Source: an uncultured Solirubrobacterales bacterium (GTDB lineage: Bacteria > Actinomycetota > Thermoleophilia > Solirubrobacterales > 70-9). From it: a stretch of 64,000 nucleotides of DNA. The DNA lies in assembly GCA_963807885.1 (NCBI GenBank), contig CAWEDL010000003.1:343010-407009 (forward strand), in the 5' to 3' direction. The notes under the pieces were generated by a model. It made no database searches. It was not told where the DNA came from and worked only from the letters and a program-made list of their open reading frames with translations. Each line of letters begins with the position of its first letter. The stretch's first letter is position 1. Positions 23,237 to 32,288 of this stretch are shown piece by piece. The position numbers and the translations under genes are program-made.

Positions 23237-23873
23237 CTACTCGGTGGCGGCAGCCGGGATACGGCAGGAAACGCCGGTGCCGGCGAGGCCGCAGTAGCCG
23301 TTCGGCACCTTGTGCAGGTATTGCTGGTGATAGTCCTCGGCGTAGTAGAACGGCCCGGCCGGCTCGACCTCGGTCGTAATCGGATCGTGGCCGGCGGCAC
23401 GCAGCGCTTCGTCATAGGCCTGGCGCGCCATCTCCGCCATCGCCTTCTGGGCGTCGTTGGCGAAGTAGATGCCCGAGCGGTACTGGGTGCCGATGTCGTT
23501 GCCCTGGCGCATCCCCTGCGTCGGGTCGTGCTCCTCGAAGAAGATCTTCAGCAGGTCCGCGTAGGAGACGACCTCGCGGGTCGAAGGCGACGAGGACGGC
23601 CTCGGCGTGACCGGTCCGGCCCGTGCAGACTTCCTCGTAGGTGGGATTCGGCGTCGTCCCGTTCATGTATCCGACCGCCGTCGTGGAGACGCCGTCGAGA
23701 ACCCAGAAGAGCCGCTCCGCGCCCCAGAAGCAGCCGAGGGCAAAGTACGCCGTCTCGATCCCATCCGGAAACGGCGGCTTCAGCGGCGTCGAGACGGCGT
23801 GGCGCTCGGGACGCGAAGGCGCTGCTGCGCGGGAGGCATAATCGTCGAGGACTGCGTGTTTCGACATGGACAC
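23237..23873 (-). pseudogene. msrA: peptide-methionine (S)-S-oxide reductase MsrA, one frameshift
   Basis: The N-terminal ORF has the GCFWG active site and ...[12 protein letters not shown]. The C-terminal ORF continues (E)[36 protein letters not shown]. The frame is restored by deleting one base at CGCG 23575-23578. Confidence 0.85.
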
Positions 23874-23945
23874 ACAAGGTAGCGTCTGCGCATCGGCTGC
23901 CTGGTCCTACTCTTCGCTCTGCTCTCGCCGCGGCTGGCGCTGTTC

Positions 23946-24167
23946 GTGCTGTTCCTCTTCAGCGACCTGCTCAGCCGCGCCTTCGACAGCTGGATCGTGC
24001 CCCTGCTCGGCTTCTTCCTGCTGCCCTGGACGACCCTGGCCTACGCGGCGATGTGGGCGTCCTCGGACGGCGTCAACGGCTTCGAGTGGTTCATCGTCGT
24101 CCTCGCCTTCCTGATCGACATCGGCGCCTTCGCCGGCGGCGGCCGTCGCCGTCGCGAGGCCGGCTAG
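23946..24167 (+). CDS. small membrane protein
   Basis: 73 aa from GTG 23946 with 2-3 TM segments. The same frame is hydrophobic upstream ([19 protein letters not shown]) back to TAG 23890, with only CTG/ATC as possible starts. Confidence 0.5.
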   Translation: MLFLFSDLLSRAFDSWIVPLLGFFLLPWTTLAYAAMWASSDGVNGFEWFIVVLAFLIDIGAFAGGGRRRREAG

Positions 24168-24185
24168 CCGAGCAATCGCCTGCGG

Positions 24186-24452
24186 CTAAGGAGCCTCGTC
24201 CAACGGGAAGGCCAGCCGGACGTGCTCCTTGGCAAGCAGCACGAAGTCCCGCCGCGTGGTCTCCCCGCCGGCAAGTGGCGTGATCTCGACGTCAAGCAAC
24301 GGGAGGAAGGCCACATCGGGCCGGTTGACCGCGTCCGAGAACCGGCTCTGATAGCCGTCCGGCGGCAACGTCACGTCGCCGACGACGCGATGCCGGTCGG
24401 TTTCGAAGACGACCCGTTCCCGACGTCGTGGGCTTCCTGATTGCCCCTCCAT
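24186..24452 (-). CDS. hypothetical protein
   Basis: 88-aa ORF with coding-like composition. No motif recognised. Confidence 0.45.
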   Translation of the reverse strand: MEGQSGSPRRRERVVFETDRHRVVGDVTLPPDGYQSRFSDAVNRPDVAFLPLLDVEITPLAGGETTRRDFVLLAKEHVRLAFPLDEAP

Positions 24453-24509
24453 GGCTGCGCTATCGGCATTTCCAGGGATTTCGTGAATGGATACGCGTCC
24501 AGGAAAGAG

Positions 24510-24935
24510 CTAGTTGCCCCGCTCGTCCCCGGCGGGCAGCAGGATCGCGGCGACCAGGGCCACTGCACCGGCGGTCAAGCCCGCGGTGGTGATGCTCAAT
24601 TTCAGCCGGTCCGAAGATCCCTCAGCCAGGACCCAGAGTGCGACAGCCTCGCTGAGCACGAGGGCGAGCAGGGTGGCAGCCGCGTAAGCGGCCCCCACGA
24701 CCCGCACCCGGACCGGGTCTCCGAACAGCAGGCCCAGCACCTTTGGCGGCTCCCGACCCGGCGAGAAGTAACGCAACTCGATCGCCAAGGCCAGGATCAC
24801 GATCGGAATGATCTGCGCGATCGCTTCGAAGTAGGCGATGTCGGCATGCCCCTGCACGAGCACCAGCGCGACCAGGAAGGCAATCGGGGGCAACCCGAAC
24901 GCGACCGATGCAACGGAGATCCCGAGCCACTTCAA
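24510..24935 (-). CDS. hypothetical membrane protein
   Basis: The hydrophobic ORF begins immediately downstream of tRNA-Pro. The track N-terminus (RWFESSRP) is a translated tRNA. The first possible start is TTG 24935; later TTG/GTG starts are also possible. Confidence 0.45.
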   Translation of the reverse strand: MKWLGISVASVAFGLPPIAFLVALVLVQGHADIAYFEAIAQIIPIVILALAIELRYFSPGREPPKVLGLLFGDPVRVRVVGAAYAAATLLALVLSEAVALWVLAEGSSDRLKLSITTAGLTAGAVALVAAILLPAGDERGN

Positions 24936-24936
24936 A

Positions 24937-25011
24937 TCGGGGCGGCTGGATTCGAACCAGCGGTCTCCTGCCCCCAAAGCAGGCGCGATAACCAGGCTTC
25001 GCTACGCCCCG
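24937..25011 (-). tRNA. tRNA-Pro(TGG): tRNA-Pro (anticodon TGG)
   Basis: Manual cloverleaf: acceptor CGGGGCG/CGCCCCG, anticodon stem CCTGC/GCAGG, loop TTTGGGG, T arm GCTGGTTCGAATCCAGC, discriminator A. Confidence 0.9.
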
Positions 25012-25670
25012 AGCTTGGTTGAGTCTAGCCACGTATCTCGCAAGCAATCCGTCCAAGCCTGCATCGCTTCGCGGAAGTAGGTGTCGTCGGCAGTAATTGC
25101 GAGCACACCGTGCTTGGATCGCCAAGTCCGCCCATTCAGACGGCCGCTGTTGGACTTACGCAAGAGTCGAATCTCCTCCGGGGAAACACCGAGCTGCTTG
25201 CCCCAGAAGCCCTGAACGTCAGCTGGCCTCTGGTCGGCGTGGCACTGAACCGAGTAAGTCAGGTAGCTGGCAGACAGGATTCGCATCCATCGAGCCGCCA
25301 ACTGCACCACCGCGGAATCTGAATTCGCGATGGACACCCTGTGGCGAGATCGACGATGGCCCTCGGTGATGAACAGGACTAGAAAATCCCGAAAGCTGGG
25401 AATCTCACTGAGATGAAGGTAAAACTGAAGAGCGTCTTCGTAAGCGGCCTCTCGTAGCGAGCGATACTTCGCTTGCATCGCCTTGGTGCCCTTGCGCCGA
25501 GCCGAGTCGGGCCATCCGTCGTTCGGCTTCCGTGGGATCTCCAGGTCGCGTACCCAGCCATAGACCGTCGTACGTGGAACGGCGAGTCGTTCGGCGAGCT
25601 CGTCGATCGTCAACTTCTTCTTGGTCCGAAGCTCCCTCGCCTTCTCCCTGATGTAGATCGGATAAGCCAT
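25002..25670 (-). CDS. low-GC orphan HTH-domain protein (C-terminal region weakly reminiscent of LAGLIDADG-like proteins)
   Basis: ATG 25670: MAYPIYIREKARELRTKKKLTIDELAERLAVPRTTVYGWVRDL (HTH). 222 aa with visibly lower GC than the flanks. The last 10 nt overlap the 5' end of tRNA-Pro. Confidence 0.6.
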   Translation of the reverse strand: MAYPIYIREKARELRTKKKLTIDELAERLAVPRTTVYGWVRDLEIPRKPNDGWPDSARRKGTKAMQAKYRSLREAAYEDALQFYLHLSEIPSFRDFLVLFITEGHRRSRHRVSIANSDSAVVQLAARWMRILSASYLTYSVQCHADQRPADVQGFWGKQLGVSPEEIRLLRKSNSGRLNGRTWRSKHGVLAITADDTYFREAMQAWTDCLRDTWLDSTKLGA

Positions 25671-25678
25671 CTCGCAGA

Positions 25679-25692
25679 CGAACGTATGTTCG
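25679..25692. promoter_or_regulatory. candidate LexA/SOS box CGAACGTATGTTCG
   Basis: Matches the Gram-positive/actinobacterial consensus CGAAC-RNRY-GTTYC (GAAC-N4-GTTC) at all but the last position. It lies 9-22 nt upstream of ATG 25670 and 42 nt upstream of the divergent DUF1015 gene. Confidence 0.5.
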
Positions 25693-25733
25693 CAACTGCA
25701 CCGGACAATCCGAATCGCTAGCGTGCCAGCCCG

Positions 25734-27194
25734 ATGGCCGACGTGCGCCCCATTTATGCGACCCACTACGACCTCGGCGAGGTCGGCTCTCTGCAGAAGG
25801 TGGCGGCGCCGCCCTATGACGTGATCGACACGGAGATGCGCACGAGGCTGCTCGAGCGCTCCCCCTACAACGCGGTGGCCATCGACCTGCCGAAACCCTA
25901 TGGCGAGACCGGGCCGCAGCAGACCGAAGACGACCCCTACGAGCGGGCGGCGCGGACGATGGACGAGTGGCGAGAGGCCGGCGCGCTCGTCGGCGACTCC
26001 GAGCCGGCGATCTGGGCGATGACCCAGGACTACACCGGGCCCGACGGGGCCGCCCGCACCCGCCACGGCATCCTCGCCCGGGTCCGCGTCGAGGACTTCT
26101 CCGCCGGACAGGTCCTGCCCCACGAGCGCACTCTGCCTGGCCCCAAGAAAGACCGGCTCGACCTCACCCACGCCACCCGCCACAACCTCTCACCGATCTT
26201 CTCGCTCAGCACCAAGGACGCCTGGCCACTGGTCGCTCCCGCGATCGAGTCCGAGCAGCCCTGGGGCGAAGCGACCGACGAAGGCGGCACCGTGACCAGG
26301 GTCTGGCGGGTCGGCGATCCGGCGATCCACGCCGCCGTCACCGAGCTGCTCGCCGACGCCCAACTCCTCATCGCCGACGGCCACCACCGCTACGAGACGG
26401 CGATCGCCTACCGCGACGAGGTCGGCGGCGAGGGCGATCACGAGTTCACCCTGATGGCGCTGACCGGGCTCGACGACCCCGGCCTCACCGTCTTCCCCAC
26501 CCACCGGCTGCTCTCCGGCCTGCGCGATGACCCCGAGCGCCAGCGTCGCCTCGGCGAGGGCCTGCGCGAACTCTTCGACGCCACCGAGGTGCCGATCGAG
26601 CAGCTCGACCCGCTCGGCGAGGAGGGAGTCGGCGTCTTCGGCCTCTTCGACTCCTTCCATAAGAAAGCGTTCCGCCTGCAGCTCAAGGACAGCGCTGTGG
26701 CCGCCCTCGACGAGCAGCTCGCCGGCAAGCCCGAGGCCTATCGCCGCCTCGATGCGGCGATCCTCGAGACCCTGGTGCTGACGGGAATCGCCGGCCTGAG
26801 CGAAGACGACATCCTCGCCAAGCGCGGCCTCGGCTACTCGAAGAGCGTCGAGGACTCCCTCGCCCTACTTGAGAACGGCACCTACGACGTCGCCTTCATC
26901 CTGCGCCCGATCCCCGTCGACCAGGTCAAGGCGATCTGCGAAAGCGACGAGAACATGCCGCCGAAGTCGACGTATTTCTTTCCAAAGGTGCTGACCGGGC
27001 TAGTGTTCAACCCGGTTTGCCGAAAAGATCTACACCAAGAAGGGCGACGACGGCTCAACGTCGCTCTGGTACGGGGGCCGCGTTCCCAAGCATCACGGCC
27101 GCACCGAGGCCTACGGCGCCCTCGACGAAGCCTGCTCGCAGTTGGGGGTTGCCCGGGCTCTCTGCGGTCCCGAGCAGGCCGAGCTGGCGGCTGA
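25734..27194 (+). CDS. DUF1015-family protein
   Basis: PIYATHYD...APPYDVID N-terminus and KSTYFFPKVLTGLVFNPV C-terminus are typical of DUF1015. Conserved sequence ends near 27018; the remaining ~58 codons read through the next gene in another frame. Confidence 0.8.
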   Translation: MADVRPIYATHYDLGEVGSLQKVAAPPYDVIDTEMRTRLLERSPYNAVAIDLPKPYGETGPQQTEDDPYERAARTMDEWREAGALVGDSEPAIWAMTQDYTGPDGAARTRHGILARVRVEDFSAGQVLPHERTLPGPKKDRLDLTHATRHNLSPIFSLSTKDAWPLVAPAIESEQPWGEATDEGGTVTRVWRVGDPAIHAAVTELLADAQLLIADGHHRYETAIAYRDEVGGEGDHEFTLMALTGLDDPGLTVFPTHRLLSGLRDDPERQRRLGEGLRELFDATEVPIEQLDPLGEEGVGVFGLFDSFHKKAFRLQLKDSAVAALDEQLAGKPEAYRRLDAAILETLVLTGIAGLSEDDILAKRGLGYSKSVEDSLALLENGTYDVAFILRPIPVDQVKAICESDENMPPKSTYFFPKVLTGLVFNPVCRKDLHQEGRRRLNVALVRGPRSQASRPHRGLRRPRRSLLAVGGCPGSLRSRAGRAGG

Positions 27195-27585
27195 CCTGCT
27201 TCGCCTCCAGGACGACATCTTCGTCGCCGGCGCCGAGCTGGCAACGGCGCCGGAGGCAGCGGAGCGACTCGAAGACGGCGTCAGCCGCACCACCGAGGAG
27301 ATGGTCGCCGAGCTGGAGGAGGCGATCGACCGCTACATGGAGCGGGTCGAGCTGCCGCCGCAGTTCGTCATCCCCGGCGGCAACCAGCTCTCCGCCCAGC
27401 TCGACGTCGCCCGCACGACGATCCGCCGCGCCGAGCGCCGGATCAGCGAGCTCAACGAAGAGGGCGAGCTGGCCAGCGAGATGGTGATCCACTTCGTCAA
27501 CCGCGCCTCCGACCTGGCCTACGCGATGGCCCGATTCGCCGACGTCGACGACCCGGCTCTCTTCGAGGGTCGCCGGAAGACGTAG
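27022..27585 (+). CDS. ATP:cob(I)alamin adenosyltransferase, PduO type; no canonical start codon
   Basis: Frame gives (A)EKIYTKKGDDGSTSLWYGGRVPKHHGRTEAYGALDEA...IPGG...LDVARTTIRRAER. The conserved N-terminus lies between TAG 27001 and the first ATG (27142) with no ATG/GTG/TTG. The only start-like codon is ATC 27028. Confidence 0.75.
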   Translation, partial: EKIYTKKGDDGSTSLWYGGRVPKHHGRTEAYGALDEACSQLGVARALCGPEQAELAADLLRLQDDIFVAGAELATAPEAAERLEDGVSRTTEEMVAELEEAIDRYMERVELPPQFVIPGGNQLSAQLDVARTTIRRAERRISELNEEGELASEMVIHFVNRASDLAYAMARFADVDDPALFEGRRKT

Positions 27586-27592
27586 GCGCGCG

Positions 27593-27994
27593 ATGAAGGT
27601 CGTCGCCCGCCGGCGTGAGGGATACGTCCACGACGTCGAGATCGAGGGCGGCCACACACTGGTCGTCGACGAGCCGGTCGTCGCCGGCGGTACCGACGCC
27701 GGTCCCGCACCCACCCGCCTGCTCGCCGCCGGACTGGCGAGCTGCATCGCGATCACGATCGAGATGTACGCGCAGCGCAAGGAGTGGGACGTCGGGGCAG
27801 TCGAGGTTGAGGTAGACGTCGCCTACGAGGACTTCACCCCGAGCTCACTCGCGGCAACGATCCGGTTGCCAGCCGAGCTGAGCGAGGAGCAGCGGGAGCG
27901 GCTGCTGGCGATCGCCCGCAAGTGCCCCGTCCACAAGGTGATCGCAAGCGAGACCCCGGTCTCCGACCGAGCAGAGAACCTGCCCAATGCATGA
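27593..27994 (+). CDS. OsmC-family peroxiredoxin-like protein
   Basis: 133 aa with GGTDAGPAPTRLLAAGLASCIAIT and ARKCPVHKV (two conserved Cys of OsmC/Ohr). Confidence 0.85.
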   Translation: MKVVARRREGYVHDVEIEGGHTLVVDEPVVAGGTDAGPAPTRLLAAGLASCIAITIEMYAQRKEWDVGAVEVEVDVAYEDFTPSSLAATIRLPAELSEEQRERLLAIARKCPVHKVIASETPVSDRAENLPNA

Positions 27995-29600
27995 CTACGT
28001 GATCGTCGGCGCCGGCTCGGCCGGCTGCGTGCTTGCCGCGCGGCTCAGCGAGGACCCGAACGTCCGCGTGCTCCTGATCGAGGCCGGCGGTAGCGATCGC
28101 CATCCCAACGTGAAGATCCCGGCGGCCTTCGCCAAGCAGTTCAAAACCAAGCGCGACTGGGACCTCGGCACCGAGCCCGAGCCCCACTGCGACGGCCGCT
28201 CGATCTACATGCCGCGCGGCAAGGGCCTCGGCGGCTCGAGCTCGATGAACGCGATGCTCTACGTCCGCGGCCATCCGCTCGACTACGAGAAGTGGGCTGC
28301 CGGCGGCGCCACCGGCTGGGACTGGGACGGGATCAGGCCCTACTTCCTGCGGGCCGAGGACAACGCCCGCGGGGAGTCCGAGCACCACGCCGTCGGCGGA
28401 CCGCTGCGGGTCGAGGACGAGCGCTCGCCACGCCAGCTCACCAAGCAGTTCCTCGACTCCTGCGCGGCAACCGGCATTCCCCGCGTCGCCGACTACAACG
28501 GCCCCGAGCAGGACGGCGCCGCGCTCGTCCAGGTGACGCAGCGCAAGGGCCGCCGCTGGAGCACCGCCGACGCCTACCTGCGCCCGTCGCAGGGTCGCGA
28601 GAACCTGACCGTCGTCTCCGGCGCCAAAGTGCTCGGCGTCGAGGTCCGCGACGGCCGCGCGACCGGCGTCCGCTACCGCCGCCGCGGCCGTGAGCAGATG
28701 GCCACGGCCGAGCGCGAGGTGATCCTCTCCGCCGGCGCGCTCGGCTCGCCGCAGCTGCTGATGCTCTCCGGCATCGGCCCGGCCGAGCAGCTGCGCGCAG
28801 CTCGGCGTCTCGGTGATCGCCGACCTGCCCGGCGTCGGCGAGAACCTCCAGGACCACCCCTACCAGACCTCGCGTCTGGGACGTCCCGGCGGCGGCTCGC
28901 TCGCCGACGCCGAGAGCCCGCAAGCGCTGCTCGAGTGGCTGCTGCGAGGCAGCGGCCGCTGACCTCCTCGGTCGCCGAGGCGTTCGCCTTCGTGCGCAGC
29001 CGGCCCGGCCTCGCCCAGCCCGACCTCCAGTTCCACTTCGCTCCCGCCTACTTCGTCGACAACGGCTTCCAGGAATACGACGGGCACGCGATCACGATGG
29101 GCCCGGCGCTGGTCGCCCCCCGCAGCCGCGGCTGGGTGCGGCTGCGCTCGGCCGACCCGCCGACAAGCCGCGCATCCTGACCAACTCGCTGGCCGAGCCC
29201 GAGGACGTCGCCGCGCTGGTCGCCGGAGCAGCGCTGGCGCGGGAGATCGCCGCAGCCGAGCCGTTCGCCTCGGTGCTGCGGCCGCGAGCTGTTCCCGGGC
29301 CCGGACGTCGGCAGCGACGACGACCTCGCCGACGACCTGCGCAGCCGCGTCGAGCTGCTCTACCACCCGGTCGGCACCTGCCGCATGGGCTCCGACGAGG
29401 ACGCCGTCGTCGACCCGGAGCTGCGCGTGCGCGGCGTCGACGGGCTGCGCGTCGTCGACGCCTCGGTCATGCCGATCATCCCGAGCGGCAACACCAACGC
29501 GCCGACGATCATGGTCGCCGAGCGGGCGGCCGACCTGATCGCCGGCAGGCCCCTGCTCCGTGACGAGGGCGCGACGCACGGCGCCAAGACGGGCGAGTAG
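27987..29600 (+). pseudogene. GMC-family FAD oxidoreductase (choline dehydrogenase-like), about six frameshifts
   Basis: N-terminus DYVIVGAGSAGCVLAARLSED...GKGLGGSSSMNAM. C-terminus HPVGTCRMG...VVDASVMPIIPSGNTNAPTIMVAERAAD. Conserved segments hop between frames at ~28794, 28871, 28886, 28957, 29160 and 29283. Confidence 0.85.
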
Positions 29601-29604
29601 TCAA

Positions 29605-30417
29605 GTGGATCTCGGGCTGAAAGGGCGGTCCTGCGTCGTCACCGGCGCCAGCCGCGGGATCGGCCGCGAGACCGCCCGCCTGCTCTGTGCCGAGGGAGCA
29701 AAGGTGCTGCTGGTCGGTCGCAACGAGGAGCGCCTCGCGGCGGCCCGGGAGGCGGCTGCTGCCGCCGGCGCCGAGACGGGCGGCAAGGCGGCCACCCTCG
29801 CCCTGGATGTCACCGGCGAGAAAGCCGGCGACCTCATGGTCGAGGCGGCGAACGAACACTTCGGCGCCCTCGACGTGCTCGTCAACAACGCCGGCGCCGC
29901 CCAGTGGCGCCACCTCGACGACGTCCCCGACGAGGACTGGTACGCCCAGTACGAGCTCAACGTTATGGCGCCGCTGCGGGCGATGCGCGCCGCCGCTCCG
30001 CCGATGGCCGAGCGCGGCTGGGGCCGGATCGTCAACGTCTGCTCGACCGCCGGCAAGCGACCTTCGGCGGCGATGCCCGAGTACTCGGTGGCCAAGGCCG
30101 CCGAGCTCTCGCTCTCGCGCCTCTTTGCCGACCGCTACGCGAAGCAGGGCGTCCTCGTCAACGCGATCTGCCCAGGTCCAGTCGAAGCGGAGATGTGGAT
30201 GGAGCCGGGCGGCCTGCTCGACCAGTCGCAGCAGATGTCCGGTGCCGAGAGCCGCGAGGAAGCCTGGCCGACGGCCGGCTCCAAGCGCCCGATCGGGCGC
30301 CTTGCCGAGGTCGGCGAGATAGCCGCCGCGATCGTCTTCCTCTGCTCCGAGCGCGCCTCCTACGTCAGCGGCGCCGCCTGGTCGGTGGATGGCGGCACCG
30401 TCCAGGTGATCATCTGA
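29605..30417 (+). CDS. short-chain dehydrogenase/reductase (SDR)
   Basis: GTG 29605, 5 nt after the GMC stop. TGASRGIG cofactor motif, NNAG, and YSVAKAA catalytic motif. Confidence 0.85.
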   Translation: MDLGLKGRSCVVTGASRGIGRETARLLCAEGAKVLLVGRNEERLAAAREAAAAAGAETGGKAATLALDVTGEKAGDLMVEAANEHFGALDVLVNNAGAAQWRHLDDVPDEDWYAQYELNVMAPLRAMRAAAPPMAERGWGRIVNVCSTAGKRPSAAMPEYSVAKAAELSLSRLFADRYAKQGVLVNAICPGPVEAEMWMEPGGLLDQSQQMSGAESREEAWPTAGSKRPIGRLAEVGEIAAAIVFLCSERASYVSGAAWSVDGGTVQVII

Positions 30418-30446
30418 GCGGCGAGAAGTCGAGGCAGCCGTTCTCA

Positions 30447-30920
30447 TTGCCGCTCTTCGGCTGGCCGGACGAGCTCCCGGCTCTGATCTTCACCGAGCGG
30501 CGCGCCGACATGCGCCGCCACGCCGGCGAGATCTCGTTTCCGGGCGGGCGTAAGGACGAGGTCGACGCCGACTTTGCCGCCACCGCGCTGCGCGAGGCAG
30601 AGGAGGAGATCGGCCTCGATCCCGCGGCGGTCGAGCTCGGCGAGGAGCTGCCGACCACCGGCACCTTCGTCACCGGCTACCGCATCCATCCCTTCGTCGG
30701 CCACATCCCCCACCCCGGCGAGCTGAACCTGGTGCCCAACCCGGCCGAGGTCGAGACCGTCCTCACCTTCTCGCTCGACGTCCTCCGCGACGGCTACGAG
30801 ATGCGCCGCCTGATCCGCCGCGGCGTCCCCATCCACACCCCCACCTACGAGGTCGAAGGCCACCTCATATGGGGAGCGACCGCGCGGATCCTCGGCGACC
30901 TGCTCGATCGCCTCGACTAG
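30447..30920 (+). CDS. NUDIX hydrolase, CoA pyrophosphatase-like
   Basis: Nudix box GGRKDEVDADFAATALREAEEEIGL preceded by RRHAGEISFPGG. Start is uncertain (TTG 30447 or CTG 30414); the track ORF from 29904 overlaps the SDR gene. Confidence 0.7.
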   Translation: MPLFGWPDELPALIFTERRADMRRHAGEISFPGGRKDEVDADFAATALREAEEEIGLDPAAVELGEELPTTGTFVTGYRIHPFVGHIPHPGELNLVPNPAEVETVLTFSLDVLRDGYEMRRLIRRGVPIHTPTYEVEGHLIWGATARILGDLLDRLD

Positions 30921-31585
30921 GCCTCTTTGCTGGGCTGGGGCACGATGCGGATGTAGGGCCGCGGCTCCTCCCAGCCATCCGGGTAGATCTCCTTCGCCTG
31001 GTCGTTGGAGACCGAGCCGGCGATGATCACGTCGTCGCCCTGCTGCCACTGGGCCGGCGTCGCGACTTTGTGCTTGGCGGTGAGCTGCAGCGAGTCGATC
31101 ACGCGCAGGACCTCGTCGAAGTTGCGCCCGGTCGTCATCGGGTAGACGAGGATCAGTTTGATCTTCTTGTCGGGGCCGATGACGAAGACGTTGCGCACGG
31201 TCTGGTTGTCGACCGGCGTGCGGTCCTCGGCGTCGCCGGAGACGTCGGCCGGCAGCATCCCGTAGAGCCTGGCGACGTTGAAGTCGGCGTCGCCGATGAT
31301 CGGGTAGTTGGGCGCCGTGCCCTGGGTCTCCTCGATGTCCTTCGCCCACTCCTCGTGCTTGTCGAGCGGGTCGATCGAGAGGCCGATGATCTTCACGCCG
31401 CGCTTCGCGAACTCGGGCTCGATGCTCGCCATGTAGCCGAGCTCGGTCGTGCAGACCGGGGTGAAGTCCTTGGGGTGCGAGAACAGCACCGCCCAGGAGT
31501 CGCCGATCCAGTCGTGGAACTTGATCCGGCCCTCGGTCGTCTCGGCCTCGAAATCGGGTGCTACGTCGCCAAGTTGCAGCGCCAT
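30917..31585 (-). CDS. 1-Cys peroxiredoxin (Prx6-type)
   Basis: 222 aa. FSHPKDFTPVCTTELG peroxidatic Cys motif. AAAGGAG RBS. Confidence 0.95.
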   Translation of the reverse strand: MALQLGDVAPDFEAETTEGRIKFHDWIGDSWAVLFSHPKDFTPVCTTELGYMASIEPEFAKRGVKIIGLSIDPLDKHEEWAKDIEETQGTAPNYPIIGDADFNVARLYGMLPADVSGDAEDRTPVDNQTVRNVFVIGPDKKIKLILVYPMTTGRNFDEVLRVIDSLQLTAKHKVATPAQWQQGDDVIIAGSVSNDQAKEIYPDGWEEPRPYIRIVPQPSKEA

Positions 31586-31625
31586 CGGACCAGCTCCTTT
31601 CGCGTTCGGCGTATTGCCTTAATTC

Positions 31626-32104
31626 CTATCCGAGTTTAGAGATATGACCTGGGGGAGCGGCCCACTCGTCCGGCATCGCGGAGAGAACCGCCAGGTCGGG
31701 GATCCGCCAGCGCTCGCCAGCGGCTTCGACCGCTTCGCGGCCGCGCGCCGAGGAGGGCCGGATCGACGCTACCCGCCGCCTCGTAGACGAAACGGCGCAC
31801 GGGCGTTTCGACGATTCTCTCCAGCACCCGTTCGAGCGCCGTCCCATGCAGCGCGGAGAGCTCCTCCCCGCTCCCCTGCGCCGAGCCGAGCATCCAGGCG
31901 ATCGCGGTGACGTCGCCGACGAGGTCGAGGACGGTTCCCGGAGCCGGCCGGGATCAGCGAGCGCCGGCTCGATCCCGGCCGTCTCGATCGCGGCCAGGCC
32001 CTCCTCCCGCCGGCTCGTCCCGCGCACCGCCCAGCCCTCGGCAAGCAGGCGCTCGCCCAGCCTCCGCCCCGGCAACCGCAACCGACGATCAGCGCCCGCG
32101 CCAC
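31626..32104 (-). pseudogene. small NAD(P)-binding Rossmann-fold protein, three frameshifts
   Basis: GTG 32104: ARALIVGCGCRG | RRLGERLLAEGWAVRGTSRREEGLAAIETAGIEPALADPG | TVLDLVGDVTAIAWMLGSAQGS...VYEAAGSVDPALLGA | GREAVEAAGERWRIPDLAVL. The segments lie in three frames, with shifts near 32066, 31938 and 31742-31748. Confidence 0.5.
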
Positions 32105-32223
32105 GCCAGCCTGCGCTCAGCCCCCAAACGGGTCGCCCCGCCGCAACCGCTCCAGCTCCTCCTCTTCGACCTCGACTCGCAGCTCGTTCTCGTCGATCTC
32201 GGCGAGCGCCGCGCCGCCGCCGC

Positions 32224-32281
32224 ATCTCGTTCTGCGCCTCGAGCATCTGGCGCACGTCGTCGATCTCGTTCTGCGCCTCGA
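32224..32281. repeat. 19-nt perfect direct repeat ATCTCGTTCTGCGCCTCGA (32224-32242 and 32263-32281)
   Basis: Seen directly in the sequence. On the minus strand it encodes EAQNE(I/M) twice within a small coiled-coil-like ORF. Confidence 0.9.
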
Positions 32282-32288
32282 CTTCGGG

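Noticed and set aside
24186-25733. An integrated genomic island or prophage remnant at tRNA-Pro
   Set aside because: There is no integrase, and I found no direct repeat of the tRNA 3' end that would mark an att site. Only ~0.7 kb has atypical composition. I kept it as a finding about the single low-GC gene, not as a mobile element feature.
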